A stretch of 64,000 nucleotides of DNA. Source: an uncultured Actinomycetes bacterium. Lineage in GTDB: Bacteria > Actinomycetota > Thermoleophilia > Solirubrobacterales > Solirubrobacteraceae. The stretch lies in contig CAVYAX010000014.1 of assembly GCA_963766525.1 (NCBI GenBank), positions 169,527 to 233,526 of the forward strand, written 5' to 3'. The translations under genes were made by a program, and so were the position numbers. The notes under the pieces were generated by a model. It was not told where the DNA came from. It did no database searches and was given only the letters and a program-made list of their open reading frames with translations. Shown here piece after piece: positions 15,952 through 24,893 of this stretch. Position 1 is the stretch's first letter; each line of letters opens with the position of its first letter.

Positions 15952-17628
15952 TCAACGCGGGCGCAGGACGCCGGACTTGACGACGGCCTTCCCCGCCCTG
16001 CCGCCGGTCGGCCGGTAGGAGACCCAGACGTTCACGCGCTCGGCCCGACGAAGCCGGCGGATCGCGGCGCGGCCGACCGCGTTCGGGCGCAGCGTGACGT
16101 GCAACGTCGCCGCGCCCTTGGGCTTGATCGTCCTGCGCGCGAGCGTGAAGCGACCCGGCCCCGGCTGGCGGACGCGCAGACCGGATGAGCCGAGCGTCCC
16201 GAGCACGAGGATGCTCCCCGCCCCCGGGACCGTGACGTCGAAGCGCGCGATGCCGTTCTGCGCGAGCCGGAACTTCGTCACCTTGAAGCGGTTGCTCGGC
16301 AGGCGCGGGGCGACGGGCGGCGGGGGCGGCGGCCCGAGTCCGAGCGGCAGCGTTGGCGCGGCCACGAGCAGCGAGGCGCTCGCCGCGGGGCCCGCGCCGG
16401 CCTCGACGGAGCTCACGACGCTCGTCGCGAGCGACTGCGGTCCCGCGGCAAGACCGCGGACGGCGGCGCTGAACGTGCAGGCGCCGCTCGGTGGCAGCGC
16501 CGCGCCGGCAAGCGCGATCGATCCGGAGCCTGCGGCGGCGGTGATCGTGCCGCCAGGGCACGAGCCGGTGAGCCCGCTGGGCGTGGCGACGGCGAGGCCT
16601 CCCGACAGCGCGGCGGTGAAGCCGACCCCACTGAGCGCCAGCGCCGGGTTGGCGTTGGCGAGCGTGAAGGTGAGGGTCGTCGAGCCGCCGGGCGCGATCG
16701 ACGCCGCGCCGAACGCCGTCGCCAGCGCCGGGGGCGCGCGCACGACGAGCGTGGCGGTCGCACCCGGTGCGGCGACCGCGCGCAGGTCGCCCCCGCCGGC
16801 GTCGTAGCTGAAGGACAGCGGACCGGTGGGATTCGGCGCGACGCTCGCCCCGGTGCCGACGACGTCGACGGAGACGCTGCACTGCGAGCCGGCTTCGATC
16901 GCCAGTCCGGCCAGCGCGATCGTCGCCGCGCCCGGGACCGCGACGATGCCGTCGGTGACGCACGTCGCGCCCGCGTTGGCGGGCGACGCCACCGCGAGGC
17001 CCGCCGGCAGCACGTCCTCGAAGGCGAGGTTGTAGAGGCGCGCGCCCGCGTTCGGGTTGCTCATCGTGTACGTCACGCGCGCCGTCTCGCCGACGACGAT
17101 CGTGTCGTCGTCGAAGGACTCAGCGAACCCGGGCGGTGCGAGAACCAGCAGCGACGCGACGTTGCTTGACGATCCGGGCCCGCTCTCGGCCGAGGTGGCA
17201 GGTCCCGCGACCACGTTCACGGTGCCCGGCGCGGGCGCGACGACGTCGAGGACGACCGTGCAGCTGTTGGTCACCTCGTCGTCCGCGGGCTGCAGCGTCG
17301 CGCCGCTGACGCTGATCGTCGTCCCGCCGTCAGCGGCGGTCACCGTGCCCGAGCAGGTCGTGAAGAGCTCGCTGGGCGTCGAGATCACGAGCCCTGCCGG
17401 AAGGGCGACGCTGAAGTCGACGTTCGTCATCGTGAGGCCGGCGTTCGGATTGGCGACCGTGAAGCCGAGGCCGACGTCGGCGCCCGCCGTCGCCGCCTCC
17501 TGCGAGAAGAAGGCCTGCAGCACGGGCGGCGCGACCTGCGCCTGCGCGGCCGCCGGCACGATCGCGCAGGCGGCCACCGCCGCGACCGCGACGCGGGCCG
17601 CGGCGGACGCCAAGCCAAGCGCTCTCAC
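15952..17628 (-). CDS. Secreted DUF11 'conserved repeat domain' surface protein. It carries a signal peptide and at least 4 DUF11-like repeats, then a poly-Pro linker and the shared C-terminal domain.
   Basis: GTG start at 17628 with signal peptide VRALGLASAAARVAVAAVAACAIVPAAAQA. The repeats have the form TxxNPNAGxxxxNVxFxxxLPAGL....CSG. The C-terminal part is GPPPPPPVAPRLP followed by the CTD. Confidence 0.65.
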   Translation of the reverse strand: MRALGLASAAARVAVAAVAACAIVPAAAQAQVAPPVLQAFFSQEAATAGADVGLGFTVANPNAGLTMTNVDFSVALPAGLVISTPSELFTTCSGTVTAADGGTTISVSGATLQPADDEVTNSCTVVLDVVAPAPGTVNVVAGPATSAESGPGSSSNVASLLVLAPPGFAESFDDDTIVVGETARVTYTMSNPNAGARLYNLAFEDVLPAGLAVASPANAGATCVTDGIVAVPGAATIALAGLAIEAGSQCSVSVDVVGTGASVAPNPTGPLSFSYDAGGGDLRAVAAPGATATLVVRAPPALATAFGAASIAPGGSTTLTFTLANANPALALSGVGFTAALSGGLAVATPSGLTGSCPGGTITAAAGSGSIALAGAALPPSGACTFSAAVRGLAAGPQSLATSVVSSVEAGAGPAASASLLVAAPTLPLGLGPPPPPPVAPRLPSNRFKVTKFRLAQNGIARFDVTVPGAGSILVLGTLGSSGLRVRQPGPGRFTLARRTIKPKGAATLHVTLRPNAVGRAAIRRLRRAERVNVWVSYRPTGGRAGKAVVKSGVLRPR

Positions 17629-17633
17629 GGCGA

Positions 17634-18485
17634 CTACTTCGGCAGCACGCTGTTCGTCGGCGCGCCCTCGACGGCGTTTCCGGTGACCTCGTTGTTGCCG
17701 AACGACGTGATCTTGCCGCCCCCGCTGACGAGCATGGCCGTGCCGTTGCCGTTGATCGTCGTGCTGCCGATGCGGATGTCCGAGAGCGCGCCGGACGAGT
17801 TGAGGGCGATGGTGTTGTCCGAGATGAAGCTGTGGAACACGTTGACGATCGCCGCCTGCGCACCACCGTTCGTAGCGACGGCGTTGCCGTTGTCGTCCAG
17901 CGTGCTGCGCCGGACGGTCACGGCCTCCCCGGCGGCTGCGGGGTTCAGGGCGACGGCCGTCGTGGCGGTGTGGATCCTCGAGTCCTGGACGATGAGGCGC
18001 GAGTTGGCCGTGGTGGACGCGAAGTTCACGCCGGCCACGCTGAAGCCGTAGATCTCGCAGTCCTCGATCCGCAGCATCTTGCCGGAGTTCATCTTGACGC
18101 CCACCGATGCCGTGTCGAGCCCGTTGATGTCCAGGCCCGTCAGCGTCACGCGGTCGTTCACGCCGGCGCTGACGTTGATCGCGTTCGCGGCGTTGGTGAG
18201 GACGCCCGCCGTGTTGCCCCGCGCGCGGATGTGAATCGACTTCGTGATCGTGACCGCGCCGAAGCCGCCAGGGTCGAGGACGTTGATCTCGCCCTTGGCG
18301 GCGGTCTTGGAGATCGCGCCGGCGAACGTCTTGCACGGCGCCGTGCGACTACACGGGTTGACGTCGTCGCCGACGCCGGAGACCCACGTGCGCGTGGCCT
18401 GTCCGAAGGCGACGGATGGGAGCACCGCAAGGGCGACGATGGCGGTCAGCGCGGTAGCGGCCGCGCGCGCAGGTGTGTTGAGCAT
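17634..18485 (-). CDS. Secreted right-handed parallel beta-helix (pectate-lyase-fold) protein.
   Basis: It has a signal peptide and repeated xxNxxxGxxxxG / IxxNTI beta-helix rungs. Its stop lies 6 nt before the DUF11 gene start. Confidence 0.65.
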   Translation of the reverse strand: MLNTPARAAATALTAIVALAVLPSVAFGQATRTWVSGVGDDVNPCSRTAPCKTFAGAISKTAAKGEINVLDPGGFGAVTITKSIHIRARGNTAGVLTNAANAINVSAGVNDRVTLTGLDINGLDTASVGVKMNSGKMLRIEDCEIYGFSVAGVNFASTTANSRLIVQDSRIHTATTAVALNPAAAGEAVTVRRSTLDDNGNAVATNGGAQAAIVNVFHSFISDNTIALNSSGALSDIRIGSTTINGNGTAMLVSGGGKITSFGNNEVTGNAVEGAPTNSVLPK

Positions 18486-18630
18486 GGTGCGAACCTACGC
18501 CCGCCGCCACCGGAGAGCAACGCAACCTTCGTCTAGGTCGCTGTCGCAAGCGCCTGGACGCCTCTCCGAGCCGGGGCGACCGGGCGTCAGCAAGGGGTCC
18601 CGGGGCACGCGGCGATAGATTGCGGCCTTC
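18486..18630. promoter_or_regulatory. Divergent intergenic region that probably holds the promoter(s) for nuoJKLMN and for the minus-strand surface-protein genes.
   Basis: A 145-bp gap separates divergently transcribed genes. No motif was confidently identified. Confidence 0.3.
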
Positions 18631-19296
18631 ATGGCGGAGGTGCTGTTCTTCCTGGCTGGAATTGGGGCGATTGCGGGGGCGATTGGGGTCGTCGCGGTTC
18701 GCAACCCGTTCTACAGCGTGCTCGCCCTCGTCTGCCATCTGCTGTCGCTCGCCGCGTTGTTCCTCCTGCTGCGCGCGGAGTTCGTCGCGGCGGCCCAAGT
18801 CGTCGTGTACGCGGGCGCCGTGATGGTGCTGTACGTCTTCGTCGTCGCGTACGTCGGCGGGCAGGACGAGCCGCTCGGCGCGCGTCCCGGGCGCGGCCTG
18901 CGGATCACCGCCGCGCTGTGCGGCGCGGCGCTGTTCGTCGAGCTCTGCATCGCGACGCTCGGCTCGGGCCTGCAGGCGATCGACACGGACGGCGCGGCGC
19001 TCGAGCCCGGCTACGGCTCGCCCGCGCAGATCGGCGAGCTGCTGCTCACGGACTTCCTGCTGCCGTTCGAGATCGCGTCGTTCTTGCTGTTGATCGCGGC
19101 GGTCGGCGCCGTCGTGCTCGCGCGCCGTCGCGGTGGGATCACGGCCGCGGAGGACCAGGCGCGCTACAGCGCGATGGACATGCTGCGCCCGGCCTACACC
19201 GGCACGATGGCCGAGGCCGTCGGCGGCCCGCACCAGCGGGCGCTCGCACCCCGGGCCCCCGTGGCCGAGGACGAGGATCGGGACGAGGACGCCTGA
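18631..19296 (+). CDS. nuoJ: NADH-quinone oxidoreductase subunit J.
   Basis: MAEVLFFLAGIGAIAGAIGVVAVRNPFYSVLALV... is typical of NuoJ/ND6. Confidence 0.9.
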   Translation: MAEVLFFLAGIGAIAGAIGVVAVRNPFYSVLALVCHLLSLAALFLLLRAEFVAAAQVVVYAGAVMVLYVFVVAYVGGQDEPLGARPGRGLRITAALCGAALFVELCIATLGSGLQAIDTDGAALEPGYGSPAQIGELLLTDFLLPFEIASFLLLIAAVGAVVLARRRGGITAAEDQARYSAMDMLRPAYTGTMAEAVGGPHQRALAPRAPVAEDEDRDEDA

Positions 19297-19595
19297 TGGC
19301 GATCGGCTGGTACCTCGCCGTCTCGGCCCTGATCTTCACGATCGGCGCGGCCGGCGTGCTCACGCGACGCAGCCCGCTCGTCATCCTGCTCTGCCTCGAG
19401 CTCATGCTCAACGCGGCCAACCTCGCCCTCATCGCGTTCGCGCGCATGCACGGCAACGCCGAGGGCCAGATCTTCGCGGTCATCGTGATGGTCGTCGCCG
19501 CGTGCGAGGTCACGGTCGGCCTCGGCCTGATCGTCGCGATGCACCGCCGCCGGCTGCCGATCGACGTCGACGAGATGCGCGAGCTCCAGGGATGA
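19296..19595 (+). CDS. nuoK: NADH-quinone oxidoreductase subunit K.
   Basis: 99 aa, with ...LLCLELMLNAANLALIAFA... matching NuoK/ND4L. Its ATG overlaps the nuoJ stop. Confidence 0.9.
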   Translation: MAIGWYLAVSALIFTIGAAGVLTRRSPLVILLCLELMLNAANLALIAFARMHGNAEGQIFAVIVMVVAACEVTVGLGLIVAMHRRRLPIDVDEMRELQG

Positions 19596-19752
19596 TCCTG
19601 AAGCCATCGAGCATCGTGGATGAATCCCTGCTGCCGGCGCGGTCCAGGGTCGATCGGCGGCGCACCGAATGGCGGGCCCCTTCGGAAGCCGCCGATCGGC
19701 GCTGGGCCGTGATCGGCGGCTGGGATTCGCCGCGAGGATCGGTGGCTTCAGG

Positions 19753-21766
19753 ATGAGCTCCGTGAAGCTCTTCGCCTGGGCGACCCTGCTGTTTCCACTG
19801 TTGGGCACGATCGTCGTCGCGCTCGCGGGCCAGCGTCTGAAGGGCCGCGCGCCCGGGCTTCGTCGCGACCGGCGCGATGGCGCTGTCGTTCGCCGCGGCG
19901 GTCGCGACGCTGTTCGCGCTCCAGGGCCTCGATCACGAGCACCGCCAGGTCGTCGCGGTCGCGTGGGACTACGCGAACACCGTCGGCGTCGACGCCCAGC
20001 TCGCGCTGCTCGTCGACCCGCTGTCGGTCTTCATGATCCTCGTCGTCGCCGGCGTCTCGACGCTGATCCACCTCTACTCGATCGCCTACCTGGACTCCGA
20101 TCGCGGCTACACGCGCTTCTTCTCGTACCTGAACTTCTTCGTCTTCTCGATGCTGCTGCTCGTCCTGGCGGGCAACTTCCTGCTGCTGATCGTCGGCTGG
20201 GCGTTCGTCGGCGCCGCGTCGTACATGCTCATCAGCTTCTGGTATCGCCGCACGACGGCGACGAGCGCGGGCATCAAGGCGTTCGTCATCAACGTGCTCG
20301 GCGATGTCGGCCTCGTGCTCGGGACGTTCTTCATCTTCAAGCACGTCGGCACGCTGGACTTCCTCAAGACCTTCGAGGCGGCCGGCGAGGAGTTCAACAC
20401 GGGCGACGCGGACCTCACCGCCGGCTGCATCCTGCTGCTCGTCGGGGCGTTCGCGAAGTCCGCCCAGGTCCCGCTGCACACCTGGCTCCCGGATGCCATG
20501 GAGGGCCCGACCCCGGTCTCCGCCCTCATCCACGCGGCGACGATGGTGACAGCGGGCGTCTACCTCATCGCCCGCATGCACCCGCTGTTCGAGCTCGCGC
20601 CGACCGCGGCCGACGTCGGCGCCGTCGTCGGCTGCCTGACGCTCTTGATCGCGGGGACGATCGCGATCGCGGTCACCGACCTCAAGCGCGTCATCGCCTA
20701 CTCGACGATGTCGCAGATCGGCTACATGGTCATGGCCGTGAGCGCCGGCGCGTACGCCGCCGGCCTGTTTCATCTCATGACGCACGCGTTCTTCAAGGCG
20801 CTGCTCTTCATGGCTGCCGGCTCGGTGATCGCCGCGATGGCCGGCCAGCAGAACCTCGACAAGATGGGCGGCTTCAGGCGCGCGATGCCGTTCACCTACG
20901 GGTGCATGGTCATCGGCGGCCTCGCGCTCGCGGGCATCCCGCCGTTCTCGGGCTTCTTCTCCAAGGACGAGATCCTGCTGCTCATCGGCGACCGCGGCGG
21001 CTGGTACTGGATCCTCTACGTCGCCGGCTACGTCGGGGCGTTCCTCACCGGTATCTACACGTTCCGGATGATCTTCCGGGCGTTCTGGGGCGACCCGGTG
21101 CCCGAGGCGATCGAGCTCGAAGAAGGCCACCTGCACCACGCCGAGGTGCACACGAACCCCGCCAGCGGCGAGGTCGAGGACACCGACGTCGGCTTTCCCG
21201 GCACCGAGCACCACATCGCCGAGCGCGAGCAGCCGATGAAGATCGCGATGGGGACGCTCGCCTTCCTCGCGATCTTCGGCGGCCTGCTGCAGATCCCGAA
21301 GGTCACGCACGTCATCGACCACTTCCTCGAGCCGACGTTCCACGACTCGGCGCTCTACGAGCGCCACCCGAGCGGCGGGCTGATCGGCTTCGGCCTGATC
21401 CTCGGCGTCGCCGTCGGCGTCGCGGGGATCGCGATCGCGTACGTCATCTGGGTGAAGAACCCCGGCCTGTCGGAGCGGATCCGCGCGCGCCTCGCGCCGG
21501 TCCACAAGCTGTTCGCGAACAAGTGGTACTTCGACGAGCTCATCGACGCGGTCGTCGTGCGCCCGGTGCTGTGGTTCGGCTCGTTCGCGCAGCAGACGTT
21601 CGAGCGCGTCTTCGTCAACGGCCTGCTCGTCGGCGGCGCGACCGGGATCGTGCGCGTCGGCTCGTCGGCGGTGCGCGCCGCGCAGACGGGCTTCCTGCGC
21701 TACTACGCCGCGGCGATCGTCGTCGGCATGGTCGGCGTCACGACCTGGTTCCTCTTTCAGTCATGA
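19753..21766 (+). CDS. nuoL: NADH-quinone oxidoreductase subunit L, with an apparent +1 frameshift near 19858.
   Basis: The N-terminal 35 aa MSSVKLFAWATLLFPLLGTIVVALAGQRLKGRAPG read in frame 1. The rest of NuoL (from FVATGAMALSF...) reads in frame 2, beginning right after a TGA at 19838. Confidence 0.8.
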
Positions 21767-23250
21767 CCCTGCACCTCTCCATCGGACTCTGGCTGCCGCT
21801 GCTGTTCGGCGTCCTCGGGCTGCTCGCGCCGCCGCGCTTCGCGTCGAAGCTCGCGCTCGCCGGCACGCTGCTCATGCTGGGCTACGCGATCGCCTACGTC
21901 GTCGACTTCGACAGCGCCAACGGCGGCCTGCAGAACGTCACCGACGAGATGTGGATCTCCGAGCTGGGGATCCACTACAAGCTCGCGCTCGACGGGCTGA
22001 ACCTCTTCCTCATCCTGCTGACGGGCGTCCTGTGGCTCGCGTGCACGCTGTGGGCGTCGTTCACCGACTGGGAGAAGCCGCGGCTGTTCTACTTCCACCT
22101 CGCGCTCGCGCAGACGTCGGTGCTCGGCGCGCTCATGGCGCAGGACCTCGCCCTGTTCGTCGTCTTCTTCGACCTCATGCTCGTGCCGTTCTTCTTCCTC
22201 ACCGGGATCTGGGGCGGCGTGCGGCGCGTGCAGGCGACGATGAAGCTCGTCATCTACACGCTCGTCGGGTCGCTGCTCATGCTCACCGCCGCGATCGCGA
22301 CCGGGGTGCTGGCGGCCGAGGGCGAGGAGTCGGTCTCGTTCGCCTTCTCGGACCTCGCCCAGCGCACGCTCGGCGAGTCGACGCAGAACTGGCTGTTCCT
22401 CGCCTTCGCGGCGGCGTTCCTCGTGAAGATGCCCGCGTTCCCGTTCCACGGCTGGATGCCCGACGGCTACCGGGCGATGCCGCTGCCCGTGCTGGCGGTC
22501 TTCTCGGCGGTGCTGAGCAAGGTCGCCGCCTACGGCTTCCTGCGGGTCGTGCTGCCGTTCTTCCCCGACGCGACCGAGCACTTCCAGACGCTCATGCTGC
22601 TGATCGCGCTGGCCTCGGTCCTCTACGGCTCGGCGATGGCGTTCACGGTGACGAACACCCGGCTGATCCTCGGGTACTCGTCCGTCGCGCAGCTCGGCTT
22701 CATCGTGCTCGGGATCTTCGCGCTGAACGCCCAGGGCGCGCAGGGCGCGATCCTCCAGGCGTTCAACCACGGCCTCGTGGTCGCGCCGGCGTTCTTCGTC
22801 GTCGCCCTGCTCGCCGCGCGCTCGGACGGCAGCGAGGACATCCGCGACATGGGCGGCCTGGCGATGCGCGCCCCGGTGCTCGCCGCGCTCTTCCTCATCA
22901 TCACGTTCGCGACGCTCGCGATGCCGGGCTCGTCGAACTTCGTCGGCGAGTACCTCATCCTGCTGGGCGTCTTCGAGGCGAAGATGGCGATCGCGATCAT
23001 CGCGTCGACGGGCGTCGTGCTGGCGGCGTACTACGCGCTGCGCCTCTACATCAGAACGATGCACAACCGCACGGGGCCGCGCGTCGAGTCGCGCGAGATG
23101 ACCGTCCGTGACGGGCTCGTGCTCGTGCCGCTCGTGCTCGCGATCCTCGCGATCGCGCTGTACCCGCAGTTCGCGCTGGACCGCAGCGAGGCGACCGTCT
23201 CGGGAGCCCCGACGGCCGAGATCGGGCAGCTTCCGGAGGTCGCGCCATGA
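21763..23250 (+). CDS. nuoM: NADH-quinone oxidoreductase subunit M.
   Basis: MTLHLSIGLWLPLLFGVLGLL... is NuoM/ND4-like. Its ATG overlaps the nuoL stop. Confidence 0.9.
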   Translation: MTLHLSIGLWLPLLFGVLGLLAPPRFASKLALAGTLLMLGYAIAYVVDFDSANGGLQNVTDEMWISELGIHYKLALDGLNLFLILLTGVLWLACTLWASFTDWEKPRLFYFHLALAQTSVLGALMAQDLALFVVFFDLMLVPFFFLTGIWGGVRRVQATMKLVIYTLVGSLLMLTAAIATGVLAAEGEESVSFAFSDLAQRTLGESTQNWLFLAFAAAFLVKMPAFPFHGWMPDGYRAMPLPVLAVFSAVLSKVAAYGFLRVVLPFFPDATEHFQTLMLLIALASVLYGSAMAFTVTNTRLILGYSSVAQLGFIVLGIFALNAQGAQGAILQAFNHGLVVAPAFFVVALLAARSDGSEDIRDMGGLAMRAPVLAALFLIITFATLAMPGSSNFVGEYLILLGVFEAKMAIAIIASTGVVLAAYYALRLYIRTMHNRTGPRVESREMTVRDGLVLVPLVLAILAIALYPQFALDRSEATVSGAPTAEIGQLPEVAP

Positions 23251-24800
23251 TCGCCGCCGCCGCGACGAAGATCGCCGGGCCGGAGATCGACTGGGCGGGC
23301 CTGTCGCCGCTGATCGCCGTCTTCGCCGGCGCGCTGCTCGTGCTCATGCTCGGGCTGCTGCGCTCGCGGGCGATGCGCGAGACCGCGGTGCCGGCGCTGT
23401 CGATCGCGAGCCTCGCGATCGCGGGCGGCCTGTCGATCTGGCAGTGGGGCGAGCGCACCGACCTCGTCGCGGGCGCGCTGCGCCTCGACGAGCTGACGCT
23501 CTCGCTGACGCTTGTCTTCTGCGTCGCCGGGATCGCGACGATCCTGCTGTCGTGGCGCCACGTGGCGCCACGCGAGGCGGCGCACGGCGAGTACTACGCG
23601 CTCTTGCTGACGTCGATCGCCGGGATGATCGTGCTCGTCGCCGCGCAGAACCTCGTCTCGGTGTTCCTCGGGCTCGAGCTCCTGTCGATCCCCTTGTACG
23701 TGCTGTGCGCGACGGAGATGCGCCGCGCGTCCTCGCTCGAGTCGGGGCTGAAGTACCTCGTCGTGGGCTCCGTCGGCTCGGCGACGCTGCTCTACGGGAC
23801 CGCGTTTCTCTACGGCGCGACCGGCTCGACGCAGTTCGCCGGCATCGCGGAGGCGCTCGGCGGCGACGCCGGCCTCACCTCGGATCCGCTGCTGCTGACC
23901 GGCATCGCGCTGACGATCGTCGGCCTCGGCTTCAAGGCCTCCGTCGCGCCCTTCCACCAGTGGACGCCCGATGTCTACGAGGGCGCGCCGACGCCGATCA
24001 CGGCGTTCATGGCGGTCGCGACGAAGGCCGCGGCGTTCGGCGTGATGCTGCGCCTGTTCGACGTCGCGCTCATCGACGCCGCGATCGACTGGGCTCCCCC
24101 GCTCGCCGTGCTGGCGGCGTTCACGATCGTCGTCGGCAACGTCGGCGCGCTCGGGCAGTCGTCGCTGAAGCGCCTGCTCGCGTACTCGTCGGTCGCGCAG
24201 GCCGGCTACATGCTGGCGGGCGTCGTCGTGGCGTCGCGGCTGGGCCTCCAGGCGACGCTCTTCTACCTCGTCACCTACCTCGTCATGAACCTCGCCGCGT
24301 TCGCGGTGATCGTCGCGCGCGAGCGCGAGACGCCGCTGGGCGACGACATCTCGTCGCTGAACGGGCTGGGCGCGACCCGGCCGGCGCTCGCGTGGCCGAT
24401 GACGATCGCGATGCTCGCGCTCGCCGGCTTCCCGGCCACGGCGGGCTTCGTCGGGAAGTTCTACTTGATCGATGCGGCGGTGGACGGCGACTACGCCTGG
24501 CTGGGCGTCGTCATCGTCATCGGCTCGATGATCTCGCTCGCGTACTACCTCAAGGTCGTGGCGGCGATCTGGATGACCCCGGCGCCGGCGTCCTCGACGG
24601 ACGTCGTCGTCGCGCCCGGGCCCGGCGGGCCGGATCCCGTGCTGGCGGGCGGCTCGGACGAGGCCACGAGCATGAGCGCGCAGGGCGAGGTCGTGGCCGT
24701 CGCGGTGCTCTTCGGCGCGCTGACGATCGTGCTCGGCGTCGTGCCGCAGCCGCTCTTCGAGCTCGTGCGCGACGCCGGCGCGGCCCTCGGCTTGTTGTAG
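23247..24800 (+). CDS. nuoN: NADH-quinone oxidoreductase subunit N.
   Basis: MIAAAATKIAGPEIDWAGLSPLIAVFAGALLVLMLGLL is NuoN/ND2-like, with an ATGA overlap on nuoM. Confidence 0.9.
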   Translation: MIAAAATKIAGPEIDWAGLSPLIAVFAGALLVLMLGLLRSRAMRETAVPALSIASLAIAGGLSIWQWGERTDLVAGALRLDELTLSLTLVFCVAGIATILLSWRHVAPREAAHGEYYALLLTSIAGMIVLVAAQNLVSVFLGLELLSIPLYVLCATEMRRASSLESGLKYLVVGSVGSATLLYGTAFLYGATGSTQFAGIAEALGGDAGLTSDPLLLTGIALTIVGLGFKASVAPFHQWTPDVYEGAPTPITAFMAVATKAAAFGVMLRLFDVALIDAAIDWAPPLAVLAAFTIVVGNVGALGQSSLKRLLAYSSVAQAGYMLAGVVVASRLGLQATLFYLVTYLVMNLAAFAVIVARERETPLGDDISSLNGLGATRPALAWPMTIAMLALAGFPATAGFVGKFYLIDAAVDGDYAWLGVVIVIGSMISLAYYLKVVAAIWMTPAPASSTDVVVAPGPGGPDPVLAGGSDEATSMSAQGEVVAVAVLFGALTIVLGVVPQPLFELVRDAGAALGLL

Positions 24801-24893
24801 GAGGCGGACCAATCGGGCTACCCGCTTTGGCGCCCGAACATGAACACCAAAGAATGTGACATGAGTTGACGACATCGTGCTAGGCTCCCGCCC

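Noticed and set aside
19830-19880. The nuoL shift as a programmed ribosomal frameshift.
   Set aside because: There is no recognisable slippery heptamer or stimulatory structure. Ten other similar single-base disruptions across unrelated genes make sequencing indels the more economical explanation, though this is flagged as a finding.
19669-23250. A 1193-aa plus-strand ORF spanning nuoL and nuoM.
   Set aside because: It is a stop-free frame in GC-rich DNA that concatenates the nuoL N-terminus, an out-of-frame stretch and nuoM. Real gene boundaries are marked by ATGA overlaps.
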